A DNA stretch of 64,000 nt from Chitinophagaceae bacterium (GTDB taxonomy: Bacteria; Bacteroidota; Bacteroidia; Chitinophagales; Chitinophagaceae). The position numbers were made by a program, and so were the translations under genes. Under the pieces are notes generated by a model. The model ran no database searches. It was not told the origin of the DNA and worked only from the letters and a program-made list of their open reading frames with translations. Of this stretch, positions 46,987 to 56,750 are shown in pieces (position 1 is the stretch's first letter; each line of letters opens with the position of its first letter). The DNA lies in the NCBI GenBank assembly GCA_016699815.1, contig CP065012.1:1668981-1732980 (forward strand), read 5' to 3'.

Positions 46987-47013
46987 TGCCCCGGAAAAAA
47001 TCCGGGGCATTTT
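46987..47013 (+). terminator. Intrinsic terminator
   Basis: TGCCCCGGA-aaaaa-TCCGGGGCA followed by TTTT. Confidence 0.75.
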
Positions 47014-47052
47014 ATTTTATACCTTTTTGATTGAATTTTCTTTTCTTTGCAC

Positions 47053-47628
47053 ATGGCAGAACAGTTTCATAAAATTTTAATAATTACGGCGCCTTCAGGG
47101 GCAGGCAAAACCTCTATTACCCATCACCTGCTGCAAAAATTTCCACAGTTGGCTTTTTCCATTTCGGCGGCTACAAGGCGGCCCAGGAGTTACGAAAAAA
47201 GCGGCGTGGATTATTATTTTATGAACGAAGAAGATTTTAAAGAAAAAATAAAAGCCAAAGATTTTGCCGAATGGGAAATGGTGTATGAAGGCAAATATTA
47301 CGGCACGCTTAAAAGTGAGCTGGAGCGCATTTGGCATAATGGCCAGGTGCCCATTTTGGATATAGATGTAAAAGGCGCTTTGCATGTTCAAAGCCAGTAC
47401 CCGGTAAATACTTTCAGCATTTTTATTGAACCTCCCAGTATTGAAGAATTGAAAAAAAGGTTAATGAGCCGTGGAACTGAAACCGAGGATACACTGGCTG
47501 CAAGGGTGAACAAAGCTTCGTATGAAATTTCATTTAAGGGCACTTTTAATGCAGTAATTGTAAATGATAATTTAAATCAGGCTTTTAAAAATGCAGAGGA
47601 AGTGGTGAGAAAATTTTTGGCACAATAA
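47053..47628 (+). CDS. gmk: Guanylate kinase
   Basis: TAPSGAGKT, SISAATRRPR, GVDYYF, YYGT, LDIDVKGA, FIEPPSIEEL. Confidence 0.95.
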   Translation: MAEQFHKILIITAPSGAGKTSITHHLLQKFPQLAFSISAATRRPRSYEKSGVDYYFMNEEDFKEKIKAKDFAEWEMVYEGKYYGTLKSELERIWHNGQVPILDIDVKGALHVQSQYPVNTFSIFIEPPSIEELKKRLMSRGTETEDTLAARVNKASYEISFKGTFNAVIVNDNLNQAFKNAEEVVRKFLAQ

Positions 47629-47635
47629 CCAACTT

Positions 47636-48280
47636 TTACATGCCTGCTTCTCCATTGGTTTCTGCAATAAAACCCAATATTTTTTCCCTTCCTGTTTTTT
47701 TTACGGCGCTGCTCACAAAATGCCTGGGCAAAAATTGCATTTGCGCTTTTAATGCTTCCAAAAAATCTTTTACATTTTTACTTACAGTTCGCTGGTTTTC
47801 TTTATCGCTTTTGGTAAACACCAGGCTAAAAGCTATTTGCCATTTATAAAGGTTGCCTATAAATTCCAGATCAATTTTTTGTGGCCTGTGGCGGCTGTCA
47901 ATTAATACAAATACCTGGCTAAGGTTTTCTCTTTTGCGCAAATAGTTTTCAATCATTTGCTCCCATCGCCTTCGGCTGGAAATGCTGGTTTTGGCAAATC
48001 CATAACCGGGTAAATCCACCAGAAACCATTGTTCGGCAATAAGTTTATTACCTGCCTCGTTTTCCGGCCTTGTACTTTCAATAATAAAATGATTGATGAG
48101 TTGTGTTTTTCCAGGGCTTGCCGAAGTTTTGGCCAGCTTTGCATTATTGCATAAAGTATTAATAAGCGACGACTTGCCTACATTGCTGCGGCCAATAAAT
48201 GCATACTCAGGTTTATCTGGTGCAGGGCATTTTTCTACCGAGGGGCTGCTAATGAGGTAAGTGGCTTTTTGAATATGCAT
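47636..48280 (-). CDS. engB: Ribosome biogenesis GTPase YihA/YsxC
   Basis: GRSNVGKSSL, PGKTQ, DLPGYG, TKSDK. Confidence 0.95.
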   Translation of the reverse strand: MHIQKATYLISSPSVEKCPAPDKPEYAFIGRSNVGKSSLINTLCNNAKLAKTSASPGKTQLINHFIIESTRPENEAGNKLIAEQWFLVDLPGYGFAKTSISSRRRWEQMIENYLRKRENLSQVFVLIDSRHRPQKIDLEFIGNLYKWQIAFSLVFTKSDKENQRTVSKNVKDFLEALKAQMQFLPRHFVSSAVKKTGREKILGFIAETNGEAGM

Positions 48281-48377
48281 GTTTGTTTATAATTACTGCA
48301 AATTTAACTTTTATTAAAGTGTAAGTAAACTTATTAAAGCATTGCGGCAATTTCAAACCATTATCTTTGCACGGTTT

Positions 48378-49121
48378 ATGGTGAAATTTGCCCACGATAC
48401 TGTTGTACCTGTTGCTGGCTCGGAACTTAGTAAAAAGGAACAAGTGAAAGAAATGTTTGATGGTATTGCCGGCAGGTACGATTTTTTAAACCGGTTTTTA
48501 AGTGGAGGTACCGATGTTGGCTGGCGAAAAAAAGCATTGCTTCAGCTCAAAAACCGGCCTTTAAACCACCTGCTCGATGTAGCAACAGGTACCGGCGATA
48601 TGGCAATTACGGCATTGCGGTTGCTTAACCCGGCTAAAATAACCGGTATTGATATAAGCGAAGGCATGTTGAAAATTGGCAACGAAAAAGTAAAACAGCT
48701 TAGCCTGGCCGATAAAATAGAATTGTTAAAGGGCGACAGCGAAACAATAAATTTTAATGATAATACGTTTGACGCTGTAACCGTAGCTTTTGGAGTAAGA
48801 AATTTTCAAAACCTTGAAAAAGGGCTGGCCGAAATTTTAAGAGTGCTGAAACCCGGTGGAAAATTAGTAATCCTGGAGTTCAGCAAACCGCAAAACAGGT
48901 TGATGAAGGCGCTATATAATTTTTATATGCAAACCATAGTTCCGGCTATTTGCAATATATTTTCTAAAAACCCACATGCATACCGCTATTTGAATAAATC
49001 TATACAACAGTTTCCGGAAGGAAAAAATTTTGTAAACATTTTAAATGGCCTTGGTTACAACAACACAGGCCATAAACCTTTGACCTTAGGAATATGCAGT
49101 ATTTATTGCGGAGAAAAATAG
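48378..49121 (+). CDS. ubiE: Demethylmenaquinone methyltransferase UbiE/MenG
   Basis: VKEMFDGIAGRYDFLN, LDVATGTGD, FGVRNF, LKPGG...LEFS. TATCTTTG promoter at 48362-48369 supports the ATG at 48378. Confidence 0.93.
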   Translation: MVKFAHDTVVPVAGSELSKKEQVKEMFDGIAGRYDFLNRFLSGGTDVGWRKKALLQLKNRPLNHLLDVATGTGDMAITALRLLNPAKITGIDISEGMLKIGNEKVKQLSLADKIELLKGDSETINFNDNTFDAVTVAFGVRNFQNLEKGLAEILRVLKPGGKLVILEFSKPQNRLMKALYNFYMQTIVPAICNIFSKNPHAYRYLNKSIQQFPEGKNFVNILNGLGYNNTGHKPLTLGICSIYCGEK

Positions 49122-49828
49122 CAGTAGTTTTTTTAATAATCAGTTGTGCCCTTGCGCCAGGCCTTTCTCACGCCCAGGAAGCAGAAATTAACCTGCCTGA
49201 CCATGATTACCGGGCCATTCGTTTTGGCATTAATGCCGGTATAAACAGGGCGCATTATAATTTTGGACATCACCCGCTTTTTTTAACACAGGATAGTATT
49301 AATGTAATTGAAAGCCTCAACAGTACGGGTATTAACCTTGCCTGGCTGGTAAACTTTAATTTAAACGAACATTTCGACATTCGCACTTATCCGCTTAGCC
49401 TTGTATTTACCGAAAAGGCTTTTCAATACCATCTCAAGCACCCCAATTCCGTAGAAGGTGAAGACAGTCTCATGACCAAAAAAGTTCAGGGTATTACACT
49501 GGCTTTTCCCGTTCAATTAAAATTTAGCAGCGACAGAATTGCAAATTTTAAAGTGTACATGATGGGTGGGGTAAAATTTGAGTATGATATGGCTGCAAAT
49601 GCAGGCGCCAAAAATGCCGAATCGCTTTTTAAATTAAAGCGTTTTGATTATGGTATAGAAGCAGGCATTGGCTTTCACATTTACTTTCCTGTATTTGTAT
49701 TAACGCCGGAGCTTAAAGTAGGCTGGGGTTTAAATAATGTGCATAGCCGGGATCCGCAGCTAAAGTTTTCCAATACTATTGATAAAATTAATGCCCGTAC
49801 TGTTTCACTTTCCCTTACGGTAGAGTAA
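49094..49828 (+). CDS. porT: PorT/SprT-family outer-membrane beta-barrel (type IX secretion component)
   Basis: Signal peptide; HFDIRTYP, LAFPVQLKFSSDRIANFKVYMMGG, GIGFHIYF...LTPELK, C-terminal SLSLTVE; overlaps the ubiE end, the usual Bacteroidota ubiE-porT pairing. Confidence 0.78.
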   Translation: MQYLLRRKIAVVFLIISCALAPGLSHAQEAEINLPDHDYRAIRFGINAGINRAHYNFGHHPLFLTQDSINVIESLNSTGINLAWLVNFNLNEHFDIRTYPLSLVFTEKAFQYHLKHPNSVEGEDSLMTKKVQGITLAFPVQLKFSSDRIANFKVYMMGGVKFEYDMAANAGAKNAESLFKLKRFDYGIEAGIGFHIYFPVFVLTPELKVGWGLNNVHSRDPQLKFSNTIDKINARTVSLSLTVE

Positions 49829-49832
49829 TTGT

Positions 49833-51548
49833 TTAGTAATCATAATTGCGCTTCCAAATATTCAATCTTATTCCGGCAGAAACCATTGGGTTGTTAGAAT
49901 CTATTCCGTTGCCTTTGTATTTCCTTAGCATTAAACCTAAGTCAATAAAAAAGTTTTCCCTGGCCTCATAGCTTACCGATGCATAGACATTGAGGCATTT
50001 TACTTTTTCTCCTCCACCAATGCTAAAATCGGTTCCACTACGAGTTACATAAGGCTTAAAAATATTGCCGCCAAAATTTGTACCCAGGCTGTCCAGCCCT
50101 TTGTAATAATAAATTGCCCTTGCATAAATCATCCATTTAGGCGCCGGTTGAAAACGTGCAATACCAATAAACTCCTGGAAATTGGCTCCCAAAGGATGTG
50201 CCAGTGGCTGATTGTAATGCGTATAATTGGCAACACTATCGGAGTGGGAATATACAAATGGCCGTACCCTGTTGGTTTCAAATTGAAGGTCGAGGTTTTT
50301 AATATTAAAGGCATCAACATACTTCATGCCAAGCTGAAAGCCAAATTTGTTTACCCAGTTTTTAGAATCGTCCCTAATTTCTTTTATGCGGAATTCATCC
50401 ATAATCATTTGCCCGTAAAATTGTAAGCGGTGGGCTACATTGGCTTTAAAGTCAATACCGGCCAAGGCATTATCGGGGCTGCCTACTGTGCCTTCAATAT
50501 GCCTTAGGAAAATAATGGGGTTGAGGTATTGAAAATCAAAGCGATTTTTGCGGCCGAAAATTACACCTTCAAAAAGGCCAATGTTGAGCCAGCGGTTTAC
50601 GTTCATGCTTAGGTGGTGCATGGCAGCATATTTACGGTCGAGCAACTCATCGCCATGCTTGGTAAACTGTGGCATGAGCTCCATAAATAAATTTTGATAA
50701 TTTATTTTCCAAATCCTTGTATTGATTTTTACAAAAAGATAGCTGTTGCCAAAGTCACTCAGAAAGAGGCTGCGGTAGCCGTTGCCAATAAAATTTTTAT
50801 CGTAGCCTGCCTGGAAGTTGATGAACTTTGCTGCGCTAAAAGTAAAATATCCACGGCCATCAAAATAATCAAAGCCTTTTGAAGTTTTATACGGTTTGTA
50901 AAAACCCACGCCGGGTACGGCCCTGTACTCCTGCTCAAACTGCCTGAAGTTTGCCGGCCCACGCTCCTGGTTATCTACAACCATTGCGGCAAAGCCCACT
51001 TTTTTTGCAATCAGCCCACGAATGGTTACGCCTCTGGAATTTAAAAAAACTAGGTTGCTGGTATCCCTTTCTTTTGCCAGTGTAACATTGAGTATGGGGT
51101 TAATGGCAAGAAAAAAATTGGGGTTGTTTACTTCAAAAAAATTGGCCTTGGTTTTATAAAGTGATTTTAAAAAAGGTTTCTTGCTTGCAAAATTTTCTTT
51201 GGGTGTGGTAACCCACTCTGCACTGTTCATCAGCAAGCTATTTAAATTGTATTCATCAATTGGCGTTAGGTTAAGGTCGGTCCATTCTTTAAACTTATCC
51301 TGGTTGGTTGCAGGGTCCCGGTAGCCCATCCTTGCACTGTCTAAAAACTCGGCTTCCTGCACAATAAATTTTCGGTTAAAAGGCTTAAGCGTAGAAAAAT
51401 TGAGGTCGGTATTTTTTTGTTGCTTTATTTCCAGCCTTTCAATAAATATATTCTCCTTGGCATCCTGCGGCAGGTAGGTAGATTGTGCAAATGCCGGTAA
51501 AGGAAAAATAAAAACAAGGAGTTTGGATAAGCTTTTAATAATTTGCAT
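49833..51548 (-). CDS. Large outer-membrane beta-barrel, Wzi/RemB-like
   Basis: Signal peptide from MQIIKS; FIGNGYRSLFLSD, HLSMNV..LNIGLFEGVIF, SPDNALAG, YGQMIMDEF, YTHYNQPLAHPLGANF. Confidence 0.6.
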   Translation of the reverse strand: MQIIKSLSKLLVFIFPLPAFAQSTYLPQDAKENIFIERLEIKQQKNTDLNFSTLKPFNRKFIVQEAEFLDSARMGYRDPATNQDKFKEWTDLNLTPIDEYNLNSLLMNSAEWVTTPKENFASKKPFLKSLYKTKANFFEVNNPNFFLAINPILNVTLAKERDTSNLVFLNSRGVTIRGLIAKKVGFAAMVVDNQERGPANFRQFEQEYRAVPGVGFYKPYKTSKGFDYFDGRGYFTFSAAKFINFQAGYDKNFIGNGYRSLFLSDFGNSYLFVKINTRIWKINYQNLFMELMPQFTKHGDELLDRKYAAMHHLSMNVNRWLNIGLFEGVIFGRKNRFDFQYLNPIIFLRHIEGTVGSPDNALAGIDFKANVAHRLQFYGQMIMDEFRIKEIRDDSKNWVNKFGFQLGMKYVDAFNIKNLDLQFETNRVRPFVYSHSDSVANYTHYNQPLAHPLGANFQEFIGIARFQPAPKWMIYARAIYYYKGLDSLGTNFGGNIFKPYVTRSGTDFSIGGGEKVKCLNVYASVSYEARENFFIDLGLMLRKYKGNGIDSNNPMVSAGIRLNIWKRNYDY

Positions 51549-51592
51549 CTTATAGTAATGGTTAGTTTTACAAGTATTCATAAATTCAAGTT

Positions 51593-52933
51593 ATGCAAAA
51601 ATACCTTATTAAGGATATTTCTATAGTGAATGAAGGAAAAATTGAGCAAAAAGATATTTTGATAGGCAATAAACGAATAGAAAAAATTGACAGTAATATT
51701 TCTGTAAAAGAAAAATGCATAGAAATTGATGGCGCTGGAAAACATTTGATGCCGGGAGCCATTGACGACCAGGTGCATTTTCGTGAGCCGGGGCTTACGC
51801 ATAAAGCTACAATCCATACCGAAAGCAGGGCGGCAGTTGCTGGCGGCATTACCAGTTTTATGGAAATGCCCAATACCATACCCAATGCTTTAAATTTAAA
51901 ATTGCTGGAAGATAAATATGCCATTGCAAAAGCCACTTCGCTTGCCAACTACTCTTTTTTTATGGGTGTGAGCAACCATAATGCAGATGAAGCATTGCAG
52001 GTAAACAAACATAAAAATGATATTTGCGGCATTAAAATATTTATGGGCAGCAGCACCGGAGATATGCTGGTGGATAACCACAATACGCTCAATAAGATTT
52101 TTTCGGAGTGTGAAATACTAATTGCAACGCATTGCGAAGATGAGCGCTTAATTCGCCATAATTACCAGGCTTTAAAAGCCCAAAAACCACAACTGGAGCC
52201 ATCCGATCATCCGCTTATACGAAATGCCGAAGCCTGTTTTGAATCTTCGTTAATTGCAATACAGTTTGCCCAAAAACACAATAGCCGGCTGCATATATTG
52301 CATATAAGCACCGAAAAAGAACTGCAACTTTTTGGCAACATGATGCCGCTTGCAGAAAAAAGGATAACCGCAGAAGTATGCGTGCACCATTTGCATTTTA
52401 CGGCAGATGATTATGAACGGCTGGGCTATAAAATAAAATGCAACCCGGCTATAAAAGCGCCCCAAAATAAAAATGCTTTGTGGCATGCATTGCTGGACGA
52501 CTGCCTGGATGTAATTGCCACCGACCATGCACCACATTTATTATGCGAAAAAGAACCACCTTACGAAAATGCACATGCCGGCCTGCCCCTGGTACAACAT
52601 GCATTGCCCTTAATGCTGTATTATTATGAGCAGGGAAAAATAAGCCTGGAAAATATTGTCCGCAAAATGAGCCATGCCGTTGCTGAATGTTTTCAAATAA
52701 AAGAACGAGGTTTTATAAGAGAAGGTTATTTTGCCGACCTGGTGTTGATTGACTTAAATAAACCATTTACCGTTTCGCCTCAATCTGTTTTATATAAATG
52801 CGGATGGAGCCCGTTTGAAAATTTTCAATTTCCTGCATCCGTAGAAAAAACTTTTGTAAACGGAAACCTGGTTTATGAAAATGGCACTGTAAACAACTCT
52901 TATACAAGCGAAAGGCTATACTTCAACCGATAA
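51593..52933 (+). CDS. pyrC: Dihydroorotase (long, Bacteroidota type)
   Basis: DDQVHFREPG, SFMEMPNT, GIKIFMGSS, HCEDE, HILHIST, KCNPAIK, ATDHAPH. Confidence 0.9.
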   Translation: MQKYLIKDISIVNEGKIEQKDILIGNKRIEKIDSNISVKEKCIEIDGAGKHLMPGAIDDQVHFREPGLTHKATIHTESRAAVAGGITSFMEMPNTIPNALNLKLLEDKYAIAKATSLANYSFFMGVSNHNADEALQVNKHKNDICGIKIFMGSSTGDMLVDNHNTLNKIFSECEILIATHCEDERLIRHNYQALKAQKPQLEPSDHPLIRNAEACFESSLIAIQFAQKHNSRLHILHISTEKELQLFGNMMPLAEKRITAEVCVHHLHFTADDYERLGYKIKCNPAIKAPQNKNALWHALLDDCLDVIATDHAPHLLCEKEPPYENAHAGLPLVQHALPLMLYYYEQGKISLENIVRKMSHAVAECFQIKERGFIREGYFADLVLIDLNKPFTVSPQSVLYKCGWSPFENFQFPASVEKTFVNGNLVYENGTVNNSYTSERLYFNR

Positions 52934-52942
52934 AAATATAGA

Positions 52943-54256
52943 ATGGAACTGGATAAAACCACCCTTTATGACCTTGCTGTTTTTGCTAACGAAGAAGAGT
53001 TTTCTGTTTTTGGAAAACTCAATGAAGCCATAACCAGCAGCGGTAGAGATGAATTTAAAAAGATGCTGTACACACCACTAAAATCCGTTTCAGCTATTAC
53101 CGATATACAACTCACATTAAAACAAATTGGCGAAAAAGAAAGCGGCTGGACAAAACTCATAAGCAACGGAACCATTATGGTGGTAGAGCGGTATTTTCAT
53201 GCCACTATTGATGAAATACCAGCTTATCCCAATAAGCTTTCTGCACTTACCTATAAAGTTTTTTCAGGCCAGGATTATTCTTTGATAAAATATTCTGCAA
53301 AGCATTGTTTTGATTTTATTAAAGGAATGAGGCAATTGCAGGAATTACTACATTCACCTGAAGCATCAGCTCCATTACAAAAGGTATTGAGCAGGTGCCA
53401 AAATATTTTGCAGCATACTGCAGCATATACAAGCGGGTTTGCAACCACTGAGGAAATGCCGCATACCGCACTGCTGCGCTTTGGCCATTTTATCCGTTAC
53501 CGGTTTAAAACCAATATGCATAACTTGCTGCAAATGCACGCCACGCTTGATGCCTGGCATGGCATGGCCATTGCCATTAAAAAATTTCAATTGGTTTTTC
53601 CGGAGCTGGTAGCCTCTGAAACGCCGGTAATTGAAGCCCGTGGTTTATATCATATATTATTGGAGCAACCCGTGGGCTACGATACACAACTGAATAGGGA
53701 TGCCCATTTTTTATTTTTAACCGGCGCCAACATGGCCGGTAAAAGCACTTTTATAAAAGCGGTGGGCATTGCCGTTTTTTTGGCACATGCAGGTATGGCG
53801 GTTCCTGCTGCTTTTTTACGATTGAGTGTTTTTGACGGCATGCTCAGCAACATCAATATGGCCGATAATATTATTAAGGGCGAAAGTTATTTTTACAACG
53901 AAGTGCAAAGAGTAAAAGCTACCCTGCAAAAAGTAAGCGATGGAAAAAAATGGCTCATATTGATTGATGAACTTTTTAAGGGCACCAATGTAGAAGACGC
54001 CATGAAATGCAGCACGGCAGTAATAGAAGGCCTGCTAAAAGTAAAGGGCTCCTTATTTATCCTTTCTACACATCTGTATGAAATTGCACAGCAACTGCAG
54101 GGCCATACCAACATCAGCTTTCATTATTTTGAAACCCAAATTTCAGGAGGCCAGTTGCAATTTAATTATACCTTAAAACCAGGCGTAAGCAACGACAGGC
54201 TCGGCTATTTGATTTTAAAAAACGAAGGCGTGGTGAAGATGCTGGAGGATTTGTGA
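52943..54256 (+). CDS. Short MutS-family ATPase (domain V plus partial lever, no mismatch or Smr domain)
   Basis: TGANMAGKST Walker A, SYFYNEV, LIDELFKGT, STH, YTLKPG..GYLILKNEG. Confidence 0.85.
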   Translation: MELDKTTLYDLAVFANEEEFSVFGKLNEAITSSGRDEFKKMLYTPLKSVSAITDIQLTLKQIGEKESGWTKLISNGTIMVVERYFHATIDEIPAYPNKLSALTYKVFSGQDYSLIKYSAKHCFDFIKGMRQLQELLHSPEASAPLQKVLSRCQNILQHTAAYTSGFATTEEMPHTALLRFGHFIRYRFKTNMHNLLQMHATLDAWHGMAIAIKKFQLVFPELVASETPVIEARGLYHILLEQPVGYDTQLNRDAHFLFLTGANMAGKSTFIKAVGIAVFLAHAGMAVPAAFLRLSVFDGMLSNINMADNIIKGESYFYNEVQRVKATLQKVSDGKKWLILIDELFKGTNVEDAMKCSTAVIEGLLKVKGSLFILSTHLYEIAQQLQGHTNISFHYFETQISGGQLQFNYTLKPGVSNDRLGYLILKNEGVVKMLEDL

Positions 54257-54263
54257 AGGCCTC

Positions 54264-54291
54264 AGTATTTAGTACAAAGTATTTAGTATTT
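54264..54291 (+). repeat. Heptamer array AGTAnnn x4
   Basis: AGTATTT AGTACAA AGTATTT AGTATTT, 7 nt after the MutS-like stop. Confidence 0.7.
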
Positions 54292-54477
54292 AGGCTGGGG
54301 AATTGCATTTGCTGTAAGGGTATATTTTGCATCTGATTTTATTTGCAAATTCAAATGAGTATTTTCTTTTAGGTTTTTTACTGTCCCCAAAAAATAAAGG
54401 GCCCGTTTTACCAGTACCCTTTTTTAAAATGCTTAAATGAATGGTTGCTATTGAAGGTTACAAAAATGGTAAGGCTT

Positions 54478-54526
54478 CAATACTATATACGCAATACCAA
54501 GTACTCAATACTATGTACTGTGTATT
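54478..54526 (-). repeat. Degenerate heptamer array x7, reverse complement of the left array
   Basis: Plus strand CAATACT ATATACG CAATACC AAGTACT CAATACT ATGTACT GTGTATT, 4 nt after the ruvB stop. Confidence 0.7.
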
Positions 54527-54530
54527 ACCC

Positions 54531-55565
54531 TTAATCAAACATATCACTTTGTAAGCCTTTGCCGGCAGGTTGCTTGCCCAAATGTTTATAAGCTTTTTCG
54601 GTGGCTTCCCGGCCACGTGCCGTACGTACAATAAAACCTTCCTGTATTAAAAAGGGCTCGTACACTTCTTCCAGCGTACCGGTTTCTTCACCTACAGCGG
54701 TGGCAATTGTGGTAATACCTACCGGGCCGCCTTTAAATTTATCAATAATTGTAGAGAGTATTTTATTATCCATTTCATCAAGGCCGTATTCATCTACATT
54801 TAATGCACGCAAGGCATGTTCGGTTATTTTTAAATCAATGATGCCGTTGCTGAGTACCTGTGCAAAATCTCTTACCCTTCTCAGCAAGCCGTTGGCTATA
54901 CGAGGCGTGCCACGGCTGCGCCTTGCAATTTCATCGGAAGCATCGCTGGTAATTTTTGTGTTTAAAATACCTGCACTGCGTTGCAATATGGCATTTAAAA
55001 TAGAAGCATTGTAATACTCCAGCCTGTTTTTAATAGCAAACCTGCTGAGCAGTGGTGCGGTTAAAAGCCCGCTTCTGGTAGTGGCGCCAATAAGTGTAAA
55101 CGGATTTAAGTTTAATTGTACAGAGCGTGCATTTGGTCCGCTGTCTATCATTATATCTATACGAAAATCTTCCATTGCGGCATAGAGGTATTCTTCTACT
55201 ACGGTACTAAGCCGGTGTATTTCATCTATAAACAATACATCATTTGGTTCAAGGTTGGTGAGCAGGCCGGCAAGGTCGCCGGGTTTTTCGATAACCGGGC
55301 CGCTGGTTTCTTTTATGTTTACACCCATTTCGTTGGCCACAATGCGGCTCAGCGTTGTTTTACCCAATCCCGGCGGGCCATGAAAAAGGATATGGTCCAA
55401 TGCTTCGCCCCTTTGTTTACAGGCTTTTATAAAAATGCTGATGTTGTTGATAATTTTCTCCTGCCCACTGAACTGCTCAAAAGCTGCAGGGCGAATGTTA
55501 TTTTCAAACTCCTTTTCGGCGCCGCTCATTTTTGTAAGTTCAGTATTGAGGTTGGGATTTTGCAT
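54531..55565 (-). CDS. ruvB: Holliday junction branch migration helicase RuvB
   Basis: [53 protein letters not shown]. Confidence 0.97.
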   Translation of the reverse strand: MQNPNLNTELTKMSGAEKEFENNIRPAAFEQFSGQEKIINNISIFIKACKQRGEALDHILFHGPPGLGKTTLSRIVANEMGVNIKETSGPVIEKPGDLAGLLTNLEPNDVLFIDEIHRLSTVVEEYLYAAMEDFRIDIMIDSGPNARSVQLNLNPFTLIGATTRSGLLTAPLLSRFAIKNRLEYYNASILNAILQRSAGILNTKITSDASDEIARRSRGTPRIANGLLRRVRDFAQVLSNGIIDLKITEHALRALNVDEYGLDEMDNKILSTIIDKFKGGPVGITTIATAVGEETGTLEEVYEPFLIQEGFIVRTARGREATEKAYKHLGKQPAGKGLQSDMFD

Positions 55566-55626
55566 AAAGTAAAATTACAAAATAATCAGCAGCAGGATTT
55601 ATAGTAATTTTTGAAAAAAAGTAGCG

Positions 55627-56655
55627 CTATACCAATTTTTTTTCTAACAGTTTAAAACCTTCTCCGGCGTTTAAACCCTTCCATAAAATATTATAAACCG
55701 TATGGGCTATAACCATGGGTGCGCCTATACGTTCATTAATAAGGTGCATACATTTACTGGCATTATAGCCTTCGGCAACCATATTCATTTCCAGTTGTGC
55801 CGATTGTACGGTATAGCCTTTGCCAATCATATTGCCAAAAGTACGGTTGCGGCTAAACAGGGAATAGCAGGTTACCAGCAAATCTCCCAGGTAAACCGAT
55901 GCGGCATAATTGGTACGTACATTTTCATGGGTTTCTAAATAGCCTACTTCGGCATTTATGATGCCTGCCTTTCTTAAGAAACCTGCCATTTCATCGGCGC
56001 TGTTGGCAATAAGTACGCTTAAAAAATTATCGCCGTACTCCAGCCCGTGTGCAATACCGGAGCCCACAGAATAAATATTTTTTAAAATTGCGGCGTATTG
56101 AACGCCATAAATATCTTTATTGATTACCGTGTTTATATATGAGGTTTTAAAATAGCCGGCAATGCCTGTTGCCATTTTTGTATCTGTGCCGGAAAAAGTA
56201 AGGTACGATAACCGCTCCCTGGCAACTTCTTCGGCATGGCATGGGCCCATTACGGCAAAATAATTTTCCAGGTCTACATTAAATTCCTGTTGCAAATAAT
56301 CGTTGAGCAGTAAATTATTTTGCGGCAAAATACCTTTTATGGCCGATACTATTTTTTTGCCTTCAAAAATATTTTTGGGCAAAGTGCTTAAAGTTTCAAT
56401 GGCAAATGAAGATGGAATGGCAATTACAATTACATCGCTGTTTGTAATAACATCTGAAGCATTAGTGGTGAGTTGCAGTTGATGTATATTAAACCTTGCC
56501 GATTGTAAATATTGGGGATTGTGACCCCGCTGTTTAAATTGCTCAATTGCAGTTTGGCTCCTGTTCCACCAAAAAATAGTTTGGCCATTGTCAGTTAGTA
56601 TTTTTGCCAGTGCCGTTCCCCAGCTCCCGCTTCCTAATATGCCAAATTTCAACAT
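55627..56655 (-). CDS. gpsA: NAD(P)H-dependent glycerol-3-phosphate dehydrogenase
   Basis: GSGSWGTA, SAIKGI, GPCHAEE, LKNIYS, GDLLVTCYSLFSRNRTFG, VAEG. Confidence 0.95.
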   Translation of the reverse strand: MLKFGILGSGSWGTALAKILTDNGQTIFWWNRSQTAIEQFKQRGHNPQYLQSARFNIHQLQLTTNASDVITNSDVIVIAIPSSFAIETLSTLPKNIFEGKKIVSAIKGILPQNNLLLNDYLQQEFNVDLENYFAVMGPCHAEEVARERLSYLTFSGTDTKMATGIAGYFKTSYINTVINKDIYGVQYAAILKNIYSVGSGIAHGLEYGDNFLSVLIANSADEMAGFLRKAGIINAEVGYLETHENVRTNYAASVYLGDLLVTCYSLFSRNRTFGNMIGKGYTVQSAQLEMNMVAEGYNASKCMHLINERIGAPMVIAHTVYNILWKGLNAGEGFKLLEKKLV

Positions 56656-56664
56656 GCTTGTTTT

Positions 56665-56709
56665 TTGTTTAAGTTGTTTAATTCGTTAAAAAGGTTTAAG
56701 TCGTTTAAA
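56665..56709 (-). repeat. Degenerate 9-mer array x5 upstream of gpsA
   Basis: Plus strand TTGTTTAAG TTGTTTAAT TCGTTAAAA AGGTTTAAG TCGTTTAAA. Confidence 0.65.
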
Positions 56710-56750
56710 GCGTTGGTTATTCGCTCTTAGGTTTAACTTGCTTTGGAGGG

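Noticed and set aside
51593-52933. PyrC first metal His replaced by Gln (DDQVH) as a sign of inactivation
   Set aside because: This variant is typical of Bacteroidota long dihydroorotases and the other ligands are present.
54601-55604. 137-aa and 162-aa plus-strand ORFs
   Set aside because: Antisense to ruvB with no protein-like signal. The same reasoning applies to the many other short nested ORFs in the track.
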